From positions 1 to 35,972 of the IMG/VR virus record IMGVR_UViG_3300023053_000237: DNA of 35,972 nucleotides; one strand, written 5' to 3'. Source of the stretch: a virus. Taxonomy: Duplodnaviria; Caudoviricetes. Under the pieces are notes generated by a model. It had not been told where the DNA came from, did not search any database, and saw only the letters and a list, made by a program, of their open reading frames with translations. Position 1 is the first letter of the stretch, and each line of letters opens with the position of its first letter. Made by a program: the position numbers and the translations under genes. Below, one piece after another: positions 8,915 to 17,468 of this stretch.

Positions 8915-9629
8915 TAAGTTTGAACTTATCCATGTAGAAAGGAGCTTAACGATTGAAAAATGTGTTTCAGCTCCTTTGCTTATCAATCAAAAAGCATCCG
9001 AAAAAGAGTTAATTAAATCGATTTTTCTTATCATAAAAAGATTCAATGATCTTGTTAATGTAGGTAAAAAGCTCAATGAAGATCAAATGATAGCTTTAGC
9101 CGCCGATTTATTCGAGAGATTTGGCGGTGAAAGTTTAGAGGATATAATGTTGTTTTTTAAGATGGCAAGAAATGGCGAATTTGGCGATTTGTATAGACTT
9201 GATTCAATCGTGATACTTTCATGGGTAAACAAGTATTTAGACAAAAAAACGGAGGCTTTCCACGAAAACAGGATCAACGAAGAAAATCAAAGGATAAGAG
9301 CTGAAAACGATGCCGTGAAAAACCACGAATATTCTGAAAAGTCTAAAGAAAAACTGGAAGAGCTTTCCAAAATGCTTAAAACTACTACAATCAGCAGAAA
9401 TACAGGAGTGATAAGAAAAGATAATCCGTTGTTTGATTATGATTCTTATCTCGAAGCCCTACCGGAAGCATCGAAAAAAATGGATAATGAAAAGCTAAAA
9501 ACGATGATTGACAATACATCACAATACTCACACCCGGAAGTTTTAAAAATCCTTCAGGCAGAACAACAAAGTCGAATTAATGATAAGAATAACCGAAGAA
9601 CTCGAAAACGTAATAAAGATGAAAATTGA
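8820..9629 (+). CDS. DUF6633-like / helicase-loader-like protein (start uncertain, ATG 8820 or 8892)
   Basis: SLEDIMLFFKMARNGEFG.LY.LD...ILSW..KY motif; follows the initiator-like gene. Confidence 0.55.
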   Translation: MQNTSQQLIKSTPETTLPERSTKLMQCLVSDDKFELIHVERSLTIEKCVSAPLLINQKASEKELIKSIFLIIKRFNDLVNVGKKLNEDQMIALAADLFERFGGESLEDIMLFFKMARNGEFGDLYRLDSIVILSWVNKYLDKKTEAFHENRINEENQRIRAENDAVKNHEYSEKSKEKLEELSKMLKTTTISRNTGVIRKDNPLFDYDSYLEALPEASKKMDNEKLKTMIDNTSQYSHPEVLKILQAEQQSRINDKNNRRTRKRNKDEN

Positions 9630-9855
9630 ATTGAATTTCACACAGTCTCAAATTTTTGAGTTTCTTCAAAAGCAAGGCTACGAAATTAAAAGTTGGCTTT
9701 GGCAATTTACAGATGAAACATTTCCGGGTGGATTTTCTTTTCATGAAAGCTGGACTTTTACAGCTTGTAAAGTCGGTGAAACTCAAAGCGAAGAAACAAT
9801 CTATACAAAGGTACTTGACAAAGAAATTCAACAAATTTTCAAACAAATTAAATAG
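9619..9855 (+). CDS. Hypothetical phage protein
   Basis: ATG 9619 (MKIELNF...) overlaps the previous stop. Confidence 0.6.
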   Translation: MKIELNFTQSQIFEFLQKQGYEIKSWLWQFTDETFPGGFSFHESWTFTACKVGETQSEETIYTKVLDKEIQQIFKQIK

Positions 9856-9905
9856 GTTATGGAAAGCCGTAATTATTTTCAATAACAACTTAATAAATTT
9901 ACAAA

Positions 9906-10208
9906 ATGGCAGAATACAGAATACTTACAGAAAACGATAAAATAGATGCACTTATTGAAAGCTTTGAAGATAGCCTTTTAGGTATGGGGCTGAAAGTTTT
10001 ATGCAATATTACAATAGAAAAAGGGAAAGATGCATCAACAATGGTACTGAAAACCAAAGACCCCGAAAAAGAAATAACAGCAGCCGAATTTTTTACACTT
10101 GGTTTAATGATTCAAAGAGACTATTTGGGTATAAAGGAAAAAGAGGAAATTATTAAACTGAAGAATGTTATTTATAAAATAAAAAGCGTGGCTCATTCAT
10201 TGGATTAG
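9906..10208 (+). CDS. Hypothetical phage protein
   Basis: 100-aa ORF with an A-rich start context. Confidence 0.6.
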   Translation: MAEYRILTENDKIDALIESFEDSLLGMGLKVLCNITIEKGKDASTMVLKTKDPEKEITAAEFFTLGLMIQRDYLGIKEKEEIIKLKNVIYKIKSVAHSLD

Positions 10209-10231
10209 TAATAATTTGTTATTTTTGAGTT

Positions 10232-10561
10232 ATGAAAAACCATGATTATACTTGGGATAATGTTAAAGTAATTCTTGGTGGTAGAGAATTAGATTTCACA
10301 CCTGTTGAAGGTCGTACTGGTGTGAATGTTTTTGAATCTGACATTACAATAACCTATGAAGAATTAAAAAAATCGACAACAAACACTTTTACTATAAGAG
10401 AAAATTTTTCACGGGAAAAACACCTCAGACAAAGACGTTTAATTGTTGATGATGTAATATTCAAAGAAAATGAAACTTTAGAAATTGGTGACAATGAATA
10501 TTTAGTAGTCGCAATTTTAGATGATGAAGTTATATTAAAATTAATATCTATTAAATTATGA
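10232..10561 (+). CDS. Hypothetical protein whose N-terminus resembles the tail-tube N-terminal motif
   Basis: DYTWDNVKVILGG versus EYGWADIIVNIGG in the tube gene. Confidence 0.55.
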   Translation: MKNHDYTWDNVKVILGGRELDFTPVEGRTGVNVFESDITITYEELKKSTTNTFTIRENFSREKHLRQRRLIVDDVIFKENETLEIGDNEYLVVAILDDEVILKLISIKL

Positions 10562-11022
10562 AAAAACTCTTATTACTTTTCACCTTGATATCCGGCTTTG
10601 CCTTTGGGCAAAATGTCGATCATTTTGAAAATCTTGATTCTATACAATTTAAAGATCGTATTGATGAAGTCGTAAAGCTTACCGGAAGAAATTACAAACT
10701 GACAGATTCGGGAGAATATAAGAAAAGAAGGTACTTTCAATTCACTAATTCGGACAATAAAGAAGATACTTTCACGGTAACCGGTTACAAAGCATTTGTA
10801 GGAGGTAATGCAGCTCTTGAAATCAAAGGAAAGGAAAGTTGGGGATTAAGATCAATTGCGGGTGCATTTTTGGCTGTATATCCTTTTTGGCTTAAATTTA
10901 TTGATCCTGAAGCTGACCGAGATAAAATTATTAAAGAAGAAAATGCATCTACTCCAAAAGATCGTTTAACGAGAATGTTTAAAGACAATAACTCAGAAAA
11001 TTTTTGGATAATAGAATTTTAA
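10558..11022 (+). CDS. Exported protein with a Sec signal peptide
   Basis: MKKLLLLFTLISGFAFG-Q, a typical Bacteroidota signal with Gln at +1. Confidence 0.75.
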   Translation: MKKLLLLFTLISGFAFGQNVDHFENLDSIQFKDRIDEVVKLTGRNYKLTDSGEYKKRRYFQFTNSDNKEDTFTVTGYKAFVGGNAALEIKGKESWGLRSIAGAFLAVYPFWLKFIDPEADRDKIIKEENASTPKDRLTRMFKDNNSENFWIIEF

Positions 11023-11043
11023 AACTTTCTGATGCAACAAAAG

Positions 11044-11071
11044 AAAATCACCTTGTTTGGTGATTTTTTTT
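11044..11071 (+). terminator. Intrinsic terminator ending the early operon
   Basis: AAAATCACC-ttgttt-GGTGATTTT stem-loop followed by a T tract. Confidence 0.65.
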
Positions 11072-11083
11072 GTTTTACTTTTG
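11052..11083 (+). promoter_or_regulatory. Bacteroidota sigma-A-type promoter, near-leaderless transcript
   Basis: TACTTTTG (TAnnTTTG) at 11076-11083, TTG 20 bp upstream, ATG at 11091. Confidence 0.55.
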
Positions 11084-11090
11084 TGGTTAT

Positions 11091-11321
11091 ATGGCAGTTA
11101 CAAAACAAAGCATTGGTGCAAAAAGAAATAAATTACTCCGTTATCAGCAGGTAATGGAAGAATTTAACAAGCATGATTGCCGTTATACTCCTATTACTGT
11201 TATTCACAGGGAATTTATTTACCCCAAATTTCACATTTCCCGTGATACATTATACCGTATTCTCAACACTCCAGTTGAGGAAGAATTAGTAAAAGTTACT
11301 TTACCATCTTTATTTGACTAA
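11091..11321 (+). CDS. Small HTH-like protein, candidate middle/late transcription regulator
   Basis: IYPKFHISRDTLYRIL HTH-like motif; lies between the early and morphogenesis genes, as Mu Mor/C do. Confidence 0.55.
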   Translation: MAVTKQSIGAKRNKLLRYQQVMEEFNKHDCRYTPITVIHREFIYPKFHISRDTLYRILNTPVEEELVKVTLPSLFD

Positions 11322-11324
11322 ATT

Positions 11325-11663
11325 ATGAAAGCTTCAGAATTAAGAATCGGAAATTTTATTTTAAATGAAAACAATCAAATCGTTGAAGTTGATGGCACGA
11401 GAATAACATTTTTACAAGATGGCAAAGTAAAATACAGACCTATCGAAATAACAGAAGAATGGTTACTTAAATTTAACTTTATTAATGGAGGATTAGGATT
11501 AATGAAGAGCTTAAACAATGATGTCTGGGTTGAATATAGTGGAAAATCAATTTTCATCACTTGTTTTTCAGCATTAATTGCAACCGAAAAAATAAAATAC
11601 ATACACCAACTTCAAAATTTATATTTTGTTTTTACAGGTAAAGAATTAGAAATCAAACATTAG
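11325..11663 (+). CDS. Conserved hypothetical phage protein
   Basis: ELRIGN...PIEITEEWLLKF...HQLQNLYF..TGKEL pattern. Confidence 0.7.
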   Translation: MKASELRIGNFILNENNQIVEVDGTRITFLQDGKVKYRPIEITEEWLLKFNFINGGLGLMKSLNNDVWVEYSGKSIFITCFSALIATEKIKYIHQLQNLYFVFTGKELEIKH

Positions 11664-12105
11664 TCGCTTCAAAGCTGTAATAAATTGTGTATTCCTGAAT
11701 CCCATCATCCCTTTTACTTCTTGAAAAAGTTTTTCTTAGCATTTTACTGCAATTTACATCCGGTGAAAATCCGTGTATTTTTTCGTGAATTTCTTTCATT
11801 AATCCAAATATATTCCATGCTGCATCTTTCTGCGATTTTGGGGCTTTAAAGCTTGTATTGGTTAGCTTCATATTAGCAAGTGTAAGCCTAACTGACAAAG
11901 CTCCGTTTTGTCTGTTTACTGGCTTTTTTGATAAATCCCGACCGATATCGCTAAAACTTCCATCGTTTAAGTCGATTAAACAGCACGGGAACTTTACAGG
12001 GAAATTTGGCGAATAATAATCTAATTGTCCTGTATCTTCATCTACATATTTTAAAGCCGAAATTTCAGCTATTTTATTTTGAATGTTGGTTAAAATTGTT
12101 TCCAT
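11653..12105 (-). CDS. Tail terminator/completion protein (Mu gp37-like)
   Basis: LKYVDED.GQLDY...PVKFPCCLID motif; position after gpG. Confidence 0.6.
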   Translation of the reverse strand: METILTNIQNKIAEISALKYVDEDTGQLDYYSPNFPVKFPCCLIDLNDGSFSDIGRDLSKKPVNRQNGALSVRLTLANMKLTNTSFKAPKSQKDAAWNIFGLMKEIHEKIHGFSPDVNCSKMLRKTFSRSKRDDGIQEYTIYYSFEATNV

Positions 12106-12662
12106 TATCTATATAATAAAAAGTTGTGTTGAAAATCATTGTTTAGTTCTCTAAAGTTTCTTTCGATAATTTCCTTAATAATTTTATCTACTTGAGCGTG
12201 ATGTCCTATAAATTGTCGCTGTGTGATAGTCATTCTTGCACCTTTTTTTTGAAGTGCTAAAGCTTTCCATTGTGAAGCTTCATCCGATAGTTTTTGGTTT
12301 CGTGCTTTGTTTGATGCCGTTTTTTTTACATCGTTCCTCATTGCTCCGGATGTTTTGTAATACATTGCCCAAAAAAACTTTCTCATCTTATCGGTTACGA
12401 CAACTACACCACCCTCATTTAATAATTTAGCCTGTGGCTGTGAGCTACTCCATGTTATGCCGTTTGAAACCATCTTTGGACTTTGAATTGATCTTCTCAA
12501 CATACCGGAACGAACCATTAAAGAACCTCGTCTATTGTGCAACTTTGTGTTAGCCCATTTCTTATCAAAGAAAGCTTTTCTTTCAAAATTTTTGTCGAAC
12601 TCATCACTAAGTTTAATCTTAGTATCCGTCATTACTTGTTTAATAAATTCTTTAGGCTGCAT
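12105..12662 (-). CDS. Virion morphogenesis protein (Mu gpG-like)
   Basis: L.RSG.LRRSI, A...NEGG and RQFIG motifs. Confidence 0.75.
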   Translation of the reverse strand: MQPKEFIKQVMTDTKIKLSDEFDKNFERKAFFDKKWANTKLHNRRGSLMVRSGMLRRSIQSPKMVSNGITWSSSQPQAKLLNEGGVVVVTDKMRKFFWAMYYKTSGAMRNDVKKTASNKARNQKLSDEASQWKALALQKKGARMTITQRQFIGHHAQVDKIIKEIIERNFRELNNDFQHNFLLYR

Positions 12663-13410
12663 AAAAACTTAAATTTTTAACTACGGTTTCCGCTCCTATT
12701 ACTTTACTGTAGGCGTTATTTGATGGGAAAATTTTGTTTTCCATTCCCGGATTAAAGCGGAACATTTCCAAAGTATTTTTGTTGTCTTTGTTGAGACTTG
12801 TGGTTGATTTTTCACCTGCCGCAATTGCTTTTTTGCTATCCGATAATTTATAATCAAAGGCTAAAACTTCAACAGCAACACATCTACAACGCCATCCATT
12901 AGGCGGATAATATGAAAACCAAAACGGATCATCTTTCGGTAATGTTGTACCGTTAAGCTGCGCATGGCTTGCACGTACTTTTTCATCGCCGGCGGTTCTA
13001 TACTGTAACAGGTATCTATCGGTGTTGTCTTGTAGATTGCCCCAATTGGCAGCACTTTGCGATGAAGCTACAGCAAACTCATATTCCGCCTCTAAGTAAG
13101 TTGTATTGTACTTTTCGTTGAGTTTTAAAATTTCCTGCTCAAACTTATAATAGGGCTTAATATTTCCATTCTCATCATTTAACAGGCTTCGGGCTTCTGT
13201 TAATTGTGCGTGTGTTTTTAATCCCGAAAAAACAAAAGCATCCTTTTTTAAATACTCTTTCATTTTCTCAGGCACTTCGTGTACAATCGCCTCGCTGAAT
13301 AATTCGCCTGTTGCCTGAACTAAATCTTTATATTCCTGAACCTTTTCTAAATCTTTAGGATGATATTTCTTTCTTTCAAATAACTTTTTAAACGCTTTTT
13401 CAGCAGTCAT
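12652..13410 (-). CDS. Minor head/morphogenesis protein (Mu gpF / SPP1 gp7 family); reading frame stays open up to the portal 3' end
   Basis: YRTAGDEKVRASHAQL.G...DDPFW..YYPPNGWRCRC signature. Confidence 0.88.
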   Translation of the reverse strand: MTAEKAFKKLFERKKYHPKDLEKVQEYKDLVQATGELFSEAIVHEVPEKMKEYLKKDAFVFSGLKTHAQLTEARSLLNDENGNIKPYYKFEQEILKLNEKYNTTYLEAEYEFAVASSQSAANWGNLQDNTDRYLLQYRTAGDEKVRASHAQLNGTTLPKDDPFWFSYYPPNGWRCRCVAVEVLAFDYKLSDSKKAIAAGEKSTTSLNKDNKNTLEMFRFNPGMENKIFPSNNAYSKVIGAETVVKNLSFYAA

Positions 13411-13516
13411 TAAAACCCGTTTAAACCCCTTTTTAGGAGTAGATTTATTACTTAAATTTAAGGTTCTGCAAGATTCGCAATCACATGGTTTATACTGACG
13501 CTCTAAATTCTCATGC

Positions 13517-13569
13517 AGGGCTAAAAAATATGTTTCTGCAATCTGTTTTTTAGCCCTTAGTCGAAAAAA
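13517..13569 (-). other. Putative -1 programmed ribosomal frameshift (portal to gpF)
   Basis: Slippery T-TTT-TTC at 13569-13563, 5-nt spacer, 12-bp stem AGGGCTAAAAAA/TTTTTTAGCCCT; the -1 frame runs into gpF. Confidence 0.75.
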
Positions 13570-14795
13570 CTTGCCGAAAAGCTTAATTTTTTATCATCGG
13601 TGACGGTTTCTTTTTCTTCAGTCGGAATACCGAATTTTTCATTAATCCATTCGTCAGGAACTTTTTTTCCTGCTTTTAAAAGCTCTACAGTCCTCGTGAA
13701 TAATTCGCCCAAGTCTTCACTTTTTTCATACTCGAAAATCAAACCTTCTTCCGGTAAAACACCAATTGCAAACAAAGCAGGAAAGACCTTTTCATTCATG
13801 TATTGCTCAACTACTTTTTTATCAGCGTTAACCAAATCGGCTAAAACATCCTGAGAACTGTCCTCTTTTCCTTTGCTTCCAAACTTGGTATCTTGACCGA
13901 TTACAGCCCCACAAATCAATAAAGAAATTGCATCCTTACATTTGTTGATTAAGTTATTATAAACGTCACCGTTTGTATCAACTCCTTTAGCCCACTCAAA
14001 ATTTTCGGTTTCATCAATGATAAACCATGCAGCTGCTCCCATGTCTCTCATCATTGTTTGCGCACGTCTCAATGCTGCCGGATCAGCAGTATTGGTTTTC
14101 ATTACTCGTGGCGGAATACCATAAATTTCGCATAACTCTGACCAACACGATTCAGCAAATCGCATAAACAAAACTTTTGCGATCAGTTTGTTTACAATAC
14201 CCAAATCTCCTGCTTTTCCAAATTCAAGCAACCATGTACCGAATTGAGATTCTTCCCTGTATTTTATGCCTTTGTCGTCCGTGTAGTCTTTTAAGAAAAC
14301 GCCGCTTACAGGCAGTACATTTTGAGGTGGTAAAAGTCTAACGATAGGCTTTTTGATGATATCCCCTTCTTTGTCATTTTCGGGGATTCGATCAAACTCA
14401 ACCAATCGCATTCCTTCATATTCAAAGTTTAGTATCAGACTGATAATTTCGTCCATCCAGATACTTCTTTCCGCTTCATCGGTAATGTCCTGATCCACTT
14501 CACCACTTTGTTTTTTAATGACGAAAGTAGAACCAAGCGTTTTTCTTTTTCTGTTACCAATTTGAGAGGCTAAATGCGGATCATCTAAGATATCCGCCAA
14601 AAGGTTATAAAATGGGAATGACTTTGGATTATCCGCATTCTTAAAGGCTGCAACTGCACTTTTCCACGTTTTTACATCCGAACGAACCTGCGAAATAGAT
14701 TTCGGTATTACTGAAGCTGCTAATTGCAGCGAACTTGTTACACTCCCTTTCGGCTTTAACTTAGCAGCTAAGTTTTTTGTTTTATTTTTTTTCAT
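13557..14795 (-). CDS. Portal protein (Mu gp29/DUF935-like)
   Basis: DPHLASQI..RK, WSELCEIYGIP.R..K and IS.LI.G motifs; position after terminase and gp36. Confidence 0.85.
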   Translation of the reverse strand: MKKNKTKNLAAKLKPKGSVTSSLQLAASVIPKSISQVRSDVKTWKSAVAAFKNADNPKSFPFYNLLADILDDPHLASQIGNRKRKTLGSTFVIKKQSGEVDQDITDEAERSIWMDEIISLILNFEYEGMRLVEFDRIPENDKEGDIIKKPIVRLLPPQNVLPVSGVFLKDYTDDKGIKYREESQFGTWLLEFGKAGDLGIVNKLIAKVLFMRFAESCWSELCEIYGIPPRVMKTNTADPAALRRAQTMMRDMGAAAWFIIDETENFEWAKGVDTNGDVYNNLINKCKDAISLLICGAVIGQDTKFGSKGKEDSSQDVLADLVNADKKVVEQYMNEKVFPALFAIGVLPEEGLIFEYEKSEDLGELFTRTVELLKAGKKVPDEWINEKFGIPTEEKETVTDDKKLSFSASFFD

Positions 14796-15253
14796 TATTC
14801 GTGATTAAATTTTTGTCTTGAGCCATAAGAGAAAGGGAAAACATCATCGTTTTCGCCTGAATTTTCAGGGTTGATTTCCGGTAAATCATCAATCGTTACT
14901 TCGCCTTTTCTTAGTTTATTTAACCAAGCCACTGCTCTATCGTAACGATCTTTTGCTTTATCATATAGGATATCAACATTGCTTAAATCGATGATGTACC
15001 ATTTTGCAATGGTCATGGTATAAGTCAATATTAAAGCATCTCTGTTTTCTCCTGTAGCGGAAAAAATAGCATTAACATCGTATCGTTTTCGTCCGTCTAA
15101 ATATTCCTTTTTATCGTTCCCGGTTAAATAGCTTTTAACTTCTTGAATAGCTGCTTTAATAGCCTGTACGACAATATCGTCATTGCCTTCAGTAATTTCA
15201 TCTACCTGATAATCGTAGATATTATTTTTTAAATCGTCTTTTGTTGCGAACAT
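14795..15253 (-). CDS. Head-tail adaptor (Mu gp36/DUF1320-like)
   Basis: A..EVKSYL...RYD...RYDRAVAWL.K...G motif. Confidence 0.8.
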   Translation of the reverse strand: MFATKDDLKNNIYDYQVDEITEGNDDIVVQAIKAAIQEVKSYLTGNDKKEYLDGRKRYDVNAIFSATGENRDALILTYTMTIAKWYIIDLSNVDILYDKAKDRYDRAVAWLNKLRKGEVTIDDLPEINPENSGENDDVFPFSYGSRQKFNHE

Positions 15254-15264
15254 AGTTGTATAGT

Positions 15265-16854
15265 TTAGTAATGCATATCCTGCCTTTTTCCCACTGCGTA
15301 GCTGCCTCGAGCTTTTCGGGTTCTACGGCTACAATTTTTAATTCCGCCATGCACAGCATCCGGACCATCATCATGCGCCTGACTTCCTTTTTCAAATGAT
15401 AGGAACTGATCTATTAAAGTTTGCTGATCTGCGGTTTTGTCGTCTTCATTAAAGAAGACATTATCACCTTCAAAATACCCGGATAAACTTTCGATACGGT
15501 CGTATTTATCGCCTTTAGCTTTTTTGTCTGCAACAACCGGTATGTAGTAATCCCTTTTTTCACCTTCATTATCAAAATCACTAACAAATTCATCCATTGC
15601 GAAAAGTCCTTCAATTAGATAGCGAATATTGTAGTCTTCGAGATTGTATCTTTCGTACATATCATATAACCACTTTGCACAGTGCGCACGGCTTTTCTGT
15701 TGCATATAAGTAAAAATGATATGTATTTCTTTTCCCTTCATCCCCACCAATATCATGGCTTTGTAATCGGCATTTTCTTTATAGCTTAAATCGCCATAAA
15801 AACACAATGCGTCATACTCTTTTAATTTATAGGCTCTTTTGTGGTGAATGTTTTCATATTTAAAAATTGCCCCGTCTTCAATATGCACGTGCATATATTC
15901 CCGCATAAATGAGCGGTAAGGCATTTTTTTGAATTTCTTTTTCCAGTAAGCTGCTGAAGCTTTCGCTTCCCATTCGGGAGTAAAATCGACTAAGTTTTTA
16001 ACGGCACAGACTGTGAGAACCTCAAAGTGAGTATCTGCAAAATCATCATCTATATCCTCATCTTCATCATCTTTAGTTGCATTAATTACTTCTTTGAAAT
16101 ACAGTTTTAAACGGTTGGTTAAACTCTTTTTATTGAAATTGTTATTCGCATAAACAAATCTTTCGGTAGCGTCTTCGTCAGCATCGAAACAACCCCAAAC
16201 ATCCTCAGTTACAAAATCGACATACTCACGCATTAATCGGTCGTTGTTAAGGTGTTTTTTGCTGTCGGCATCGTCTATTACAATATAATCCGGTCTGTCT
16301 GCCTGTTCTCTTGCACCTCTTGGATCTTGACCAAAACCGAGCGACTGAAATCGTACACCGTCAGTCGTTGTAAAATCTCCGTCCGCCCAATTTCCCTGAC
16401 TGAATTTTTCGCCATAATCATTTTTGATACGGTTATTAAACTGCAATTGCGCCTGTATTCCTGAAAGTAATTTTTTCGCCTTCGGGTCGGTTTGCCCGAT
16501 CAAAAGCATAAATTTTAATTCACCTAATACCAAATAAAGGTACAGCGGTATTCCCATGTCAATATGCACAGATTTTCCCGCTGAACGGAACATTTCGGCA
16601 AGCAGTCGGAGCCGTTTATTTTTGATTACGATATCCGCTAATTTCTTATGAAACCAAGCCGATTTTTTTTTTGCGAAGTTGGGAAAGTAATATTCAAACC
16701 ATTTGACGTAATCCGCCTCAAGTTCTTTCATACGCTTTACTTTCCCCGCTGCCGATTCGTGGATGTCAATGGTGGTTGCCTGCGCTATTCTTTGGGAATG
16801 CTTATCATAGTCCTGTAAGAGCTTCAGGTATTTTAGTTCCTTATTGTTGCTCAT
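15265..16854 (-). CDS. Terminase large subunit
   Basis: FRSAGKS Walker A, RPDYIVIDD Walker B, nuclease motifs YGDLSY and HDDGPDA. Confidence 0.9.
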   Translation of the reverse strand: MSNNKELKYLKLLQDYDKHSQRIAQATTIDIHESAAGKVKRMKELEADYVKWFEYYFPNFAKKKSAWFHKKLADIVIKNKRLRLLAEMFRSAGKSVHIDMGIPLYLYLVLGELKFMLLIGQTDPKAKKLLSGIQAQLQFNNRIKNDYGEKFSQGNWADGDFTTTDGVRFQSLGFGQDPRGAREQADRPDYIVIDDADSKKHLNNDRLMREYVDFVTEDVWGCFDADEDATERFVYANNNFNKKSLTNRLKLYFKEVINATKDDEDEDIDDDFADTHFEVLTVCAVKNLVDFTPEWEAKASAAYWKKKFKKMPYRSFMREYMHVHIEDGAIFKYENIHHKRAYKLKEYDALCFYGDLSYKENADYKAMILVGMKGKEIHIIFTYMQQKSRAHCAKWLYDMYERYNLEDYNIRYLIEGLFAMDEFVSDFDNEGEKRDYYIPVVADKKAKGDKYDRIESLSGYFEGDNVFFNEDDKTADQQTLIDQFLSFEKGSQAHDDGPDAVHGGIKNCSRRTRKARGSYAVGKRQDMHY

Positions 16855-17282
16855 TACAGTTCCTGTTTGATTTTATGTTGTAAAAACATCTTATGAAAGG
16901 GTGTACACAGAATAGCAAATTTTGGATCAGTTTGAGAAATAAATAAATCCAGTTCTTTGAGTATTTTGTGTATAATAATAGGATCAGCCTGTTTATCACA
17001 CTTGTCAAGTGCAGACATTAGTTTAGAAATAGAATCTGCTGAAAACGTCGGAAGACCACCACCCATAAGATGGATTGTTTCCTGTTGTAATTTTTGTTTG
17101 ATAACAGTTGGTGAAGCGTGAAAATTCAATCTTTTATCTTCCCAATCATATTTTTTTGCCCAACCGCCTAAAGTCTTTTCCGTCACTTTGAAAAGTTCCG
17201 CTACTTCCTTATTGGTAGCCTCTATATTTTCAATGTAATAGGCTTCTGCTTTTTTTCTGACCGCATCTTTTGTTATTGCCAT
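16854..17282 (-). CDS. Terminase small subunit-like HTH protein
   Basis: NKEVAELFKVTEKTLGGW HTH; immediately upstream of terL. Confidence 0.7.
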   Translation of the reverse strand: MAITKDAVRKKAEAYYIENIEATNKEVAELFKVTEKTLGGWAKKYDWEDKRLNFHASPTVIKQKLQQETIHLMGGGLPTFSADSISKLMSALDKCDKQADPIIIHKILKELDLFISQTDPKFAILCTPFHKMFLQHKIKQEL

Positions 17283-17348
17283 TTTCAACTCAATTTTATC
17301 AACAAAATTCAGCTCAATAATTTCTAAAAAGAATTGTTAGTCAGTGCG

Positions 17349-17397
17349 TCGGACACTTTAGTAAATGGCTCGGACAAAGCTGTCCGCAGATCAGACA
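17349..17397. promoter_or_regulatory. Repeated TCRGACA boxes in the divergent late-promoter region
   Basis: Direct copies at 17349, 17370 and 17391 (21-bp spacing) plus an inverted copy at 17381. Confidence 0.6.
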
Positions 17398-17468
17398 ACT
17401 TATTTTTTTCACGTTAAAAACCCCGCAATTTTGGCATATCAAAACGAACAAAAAAACAAAAAAAGCGT

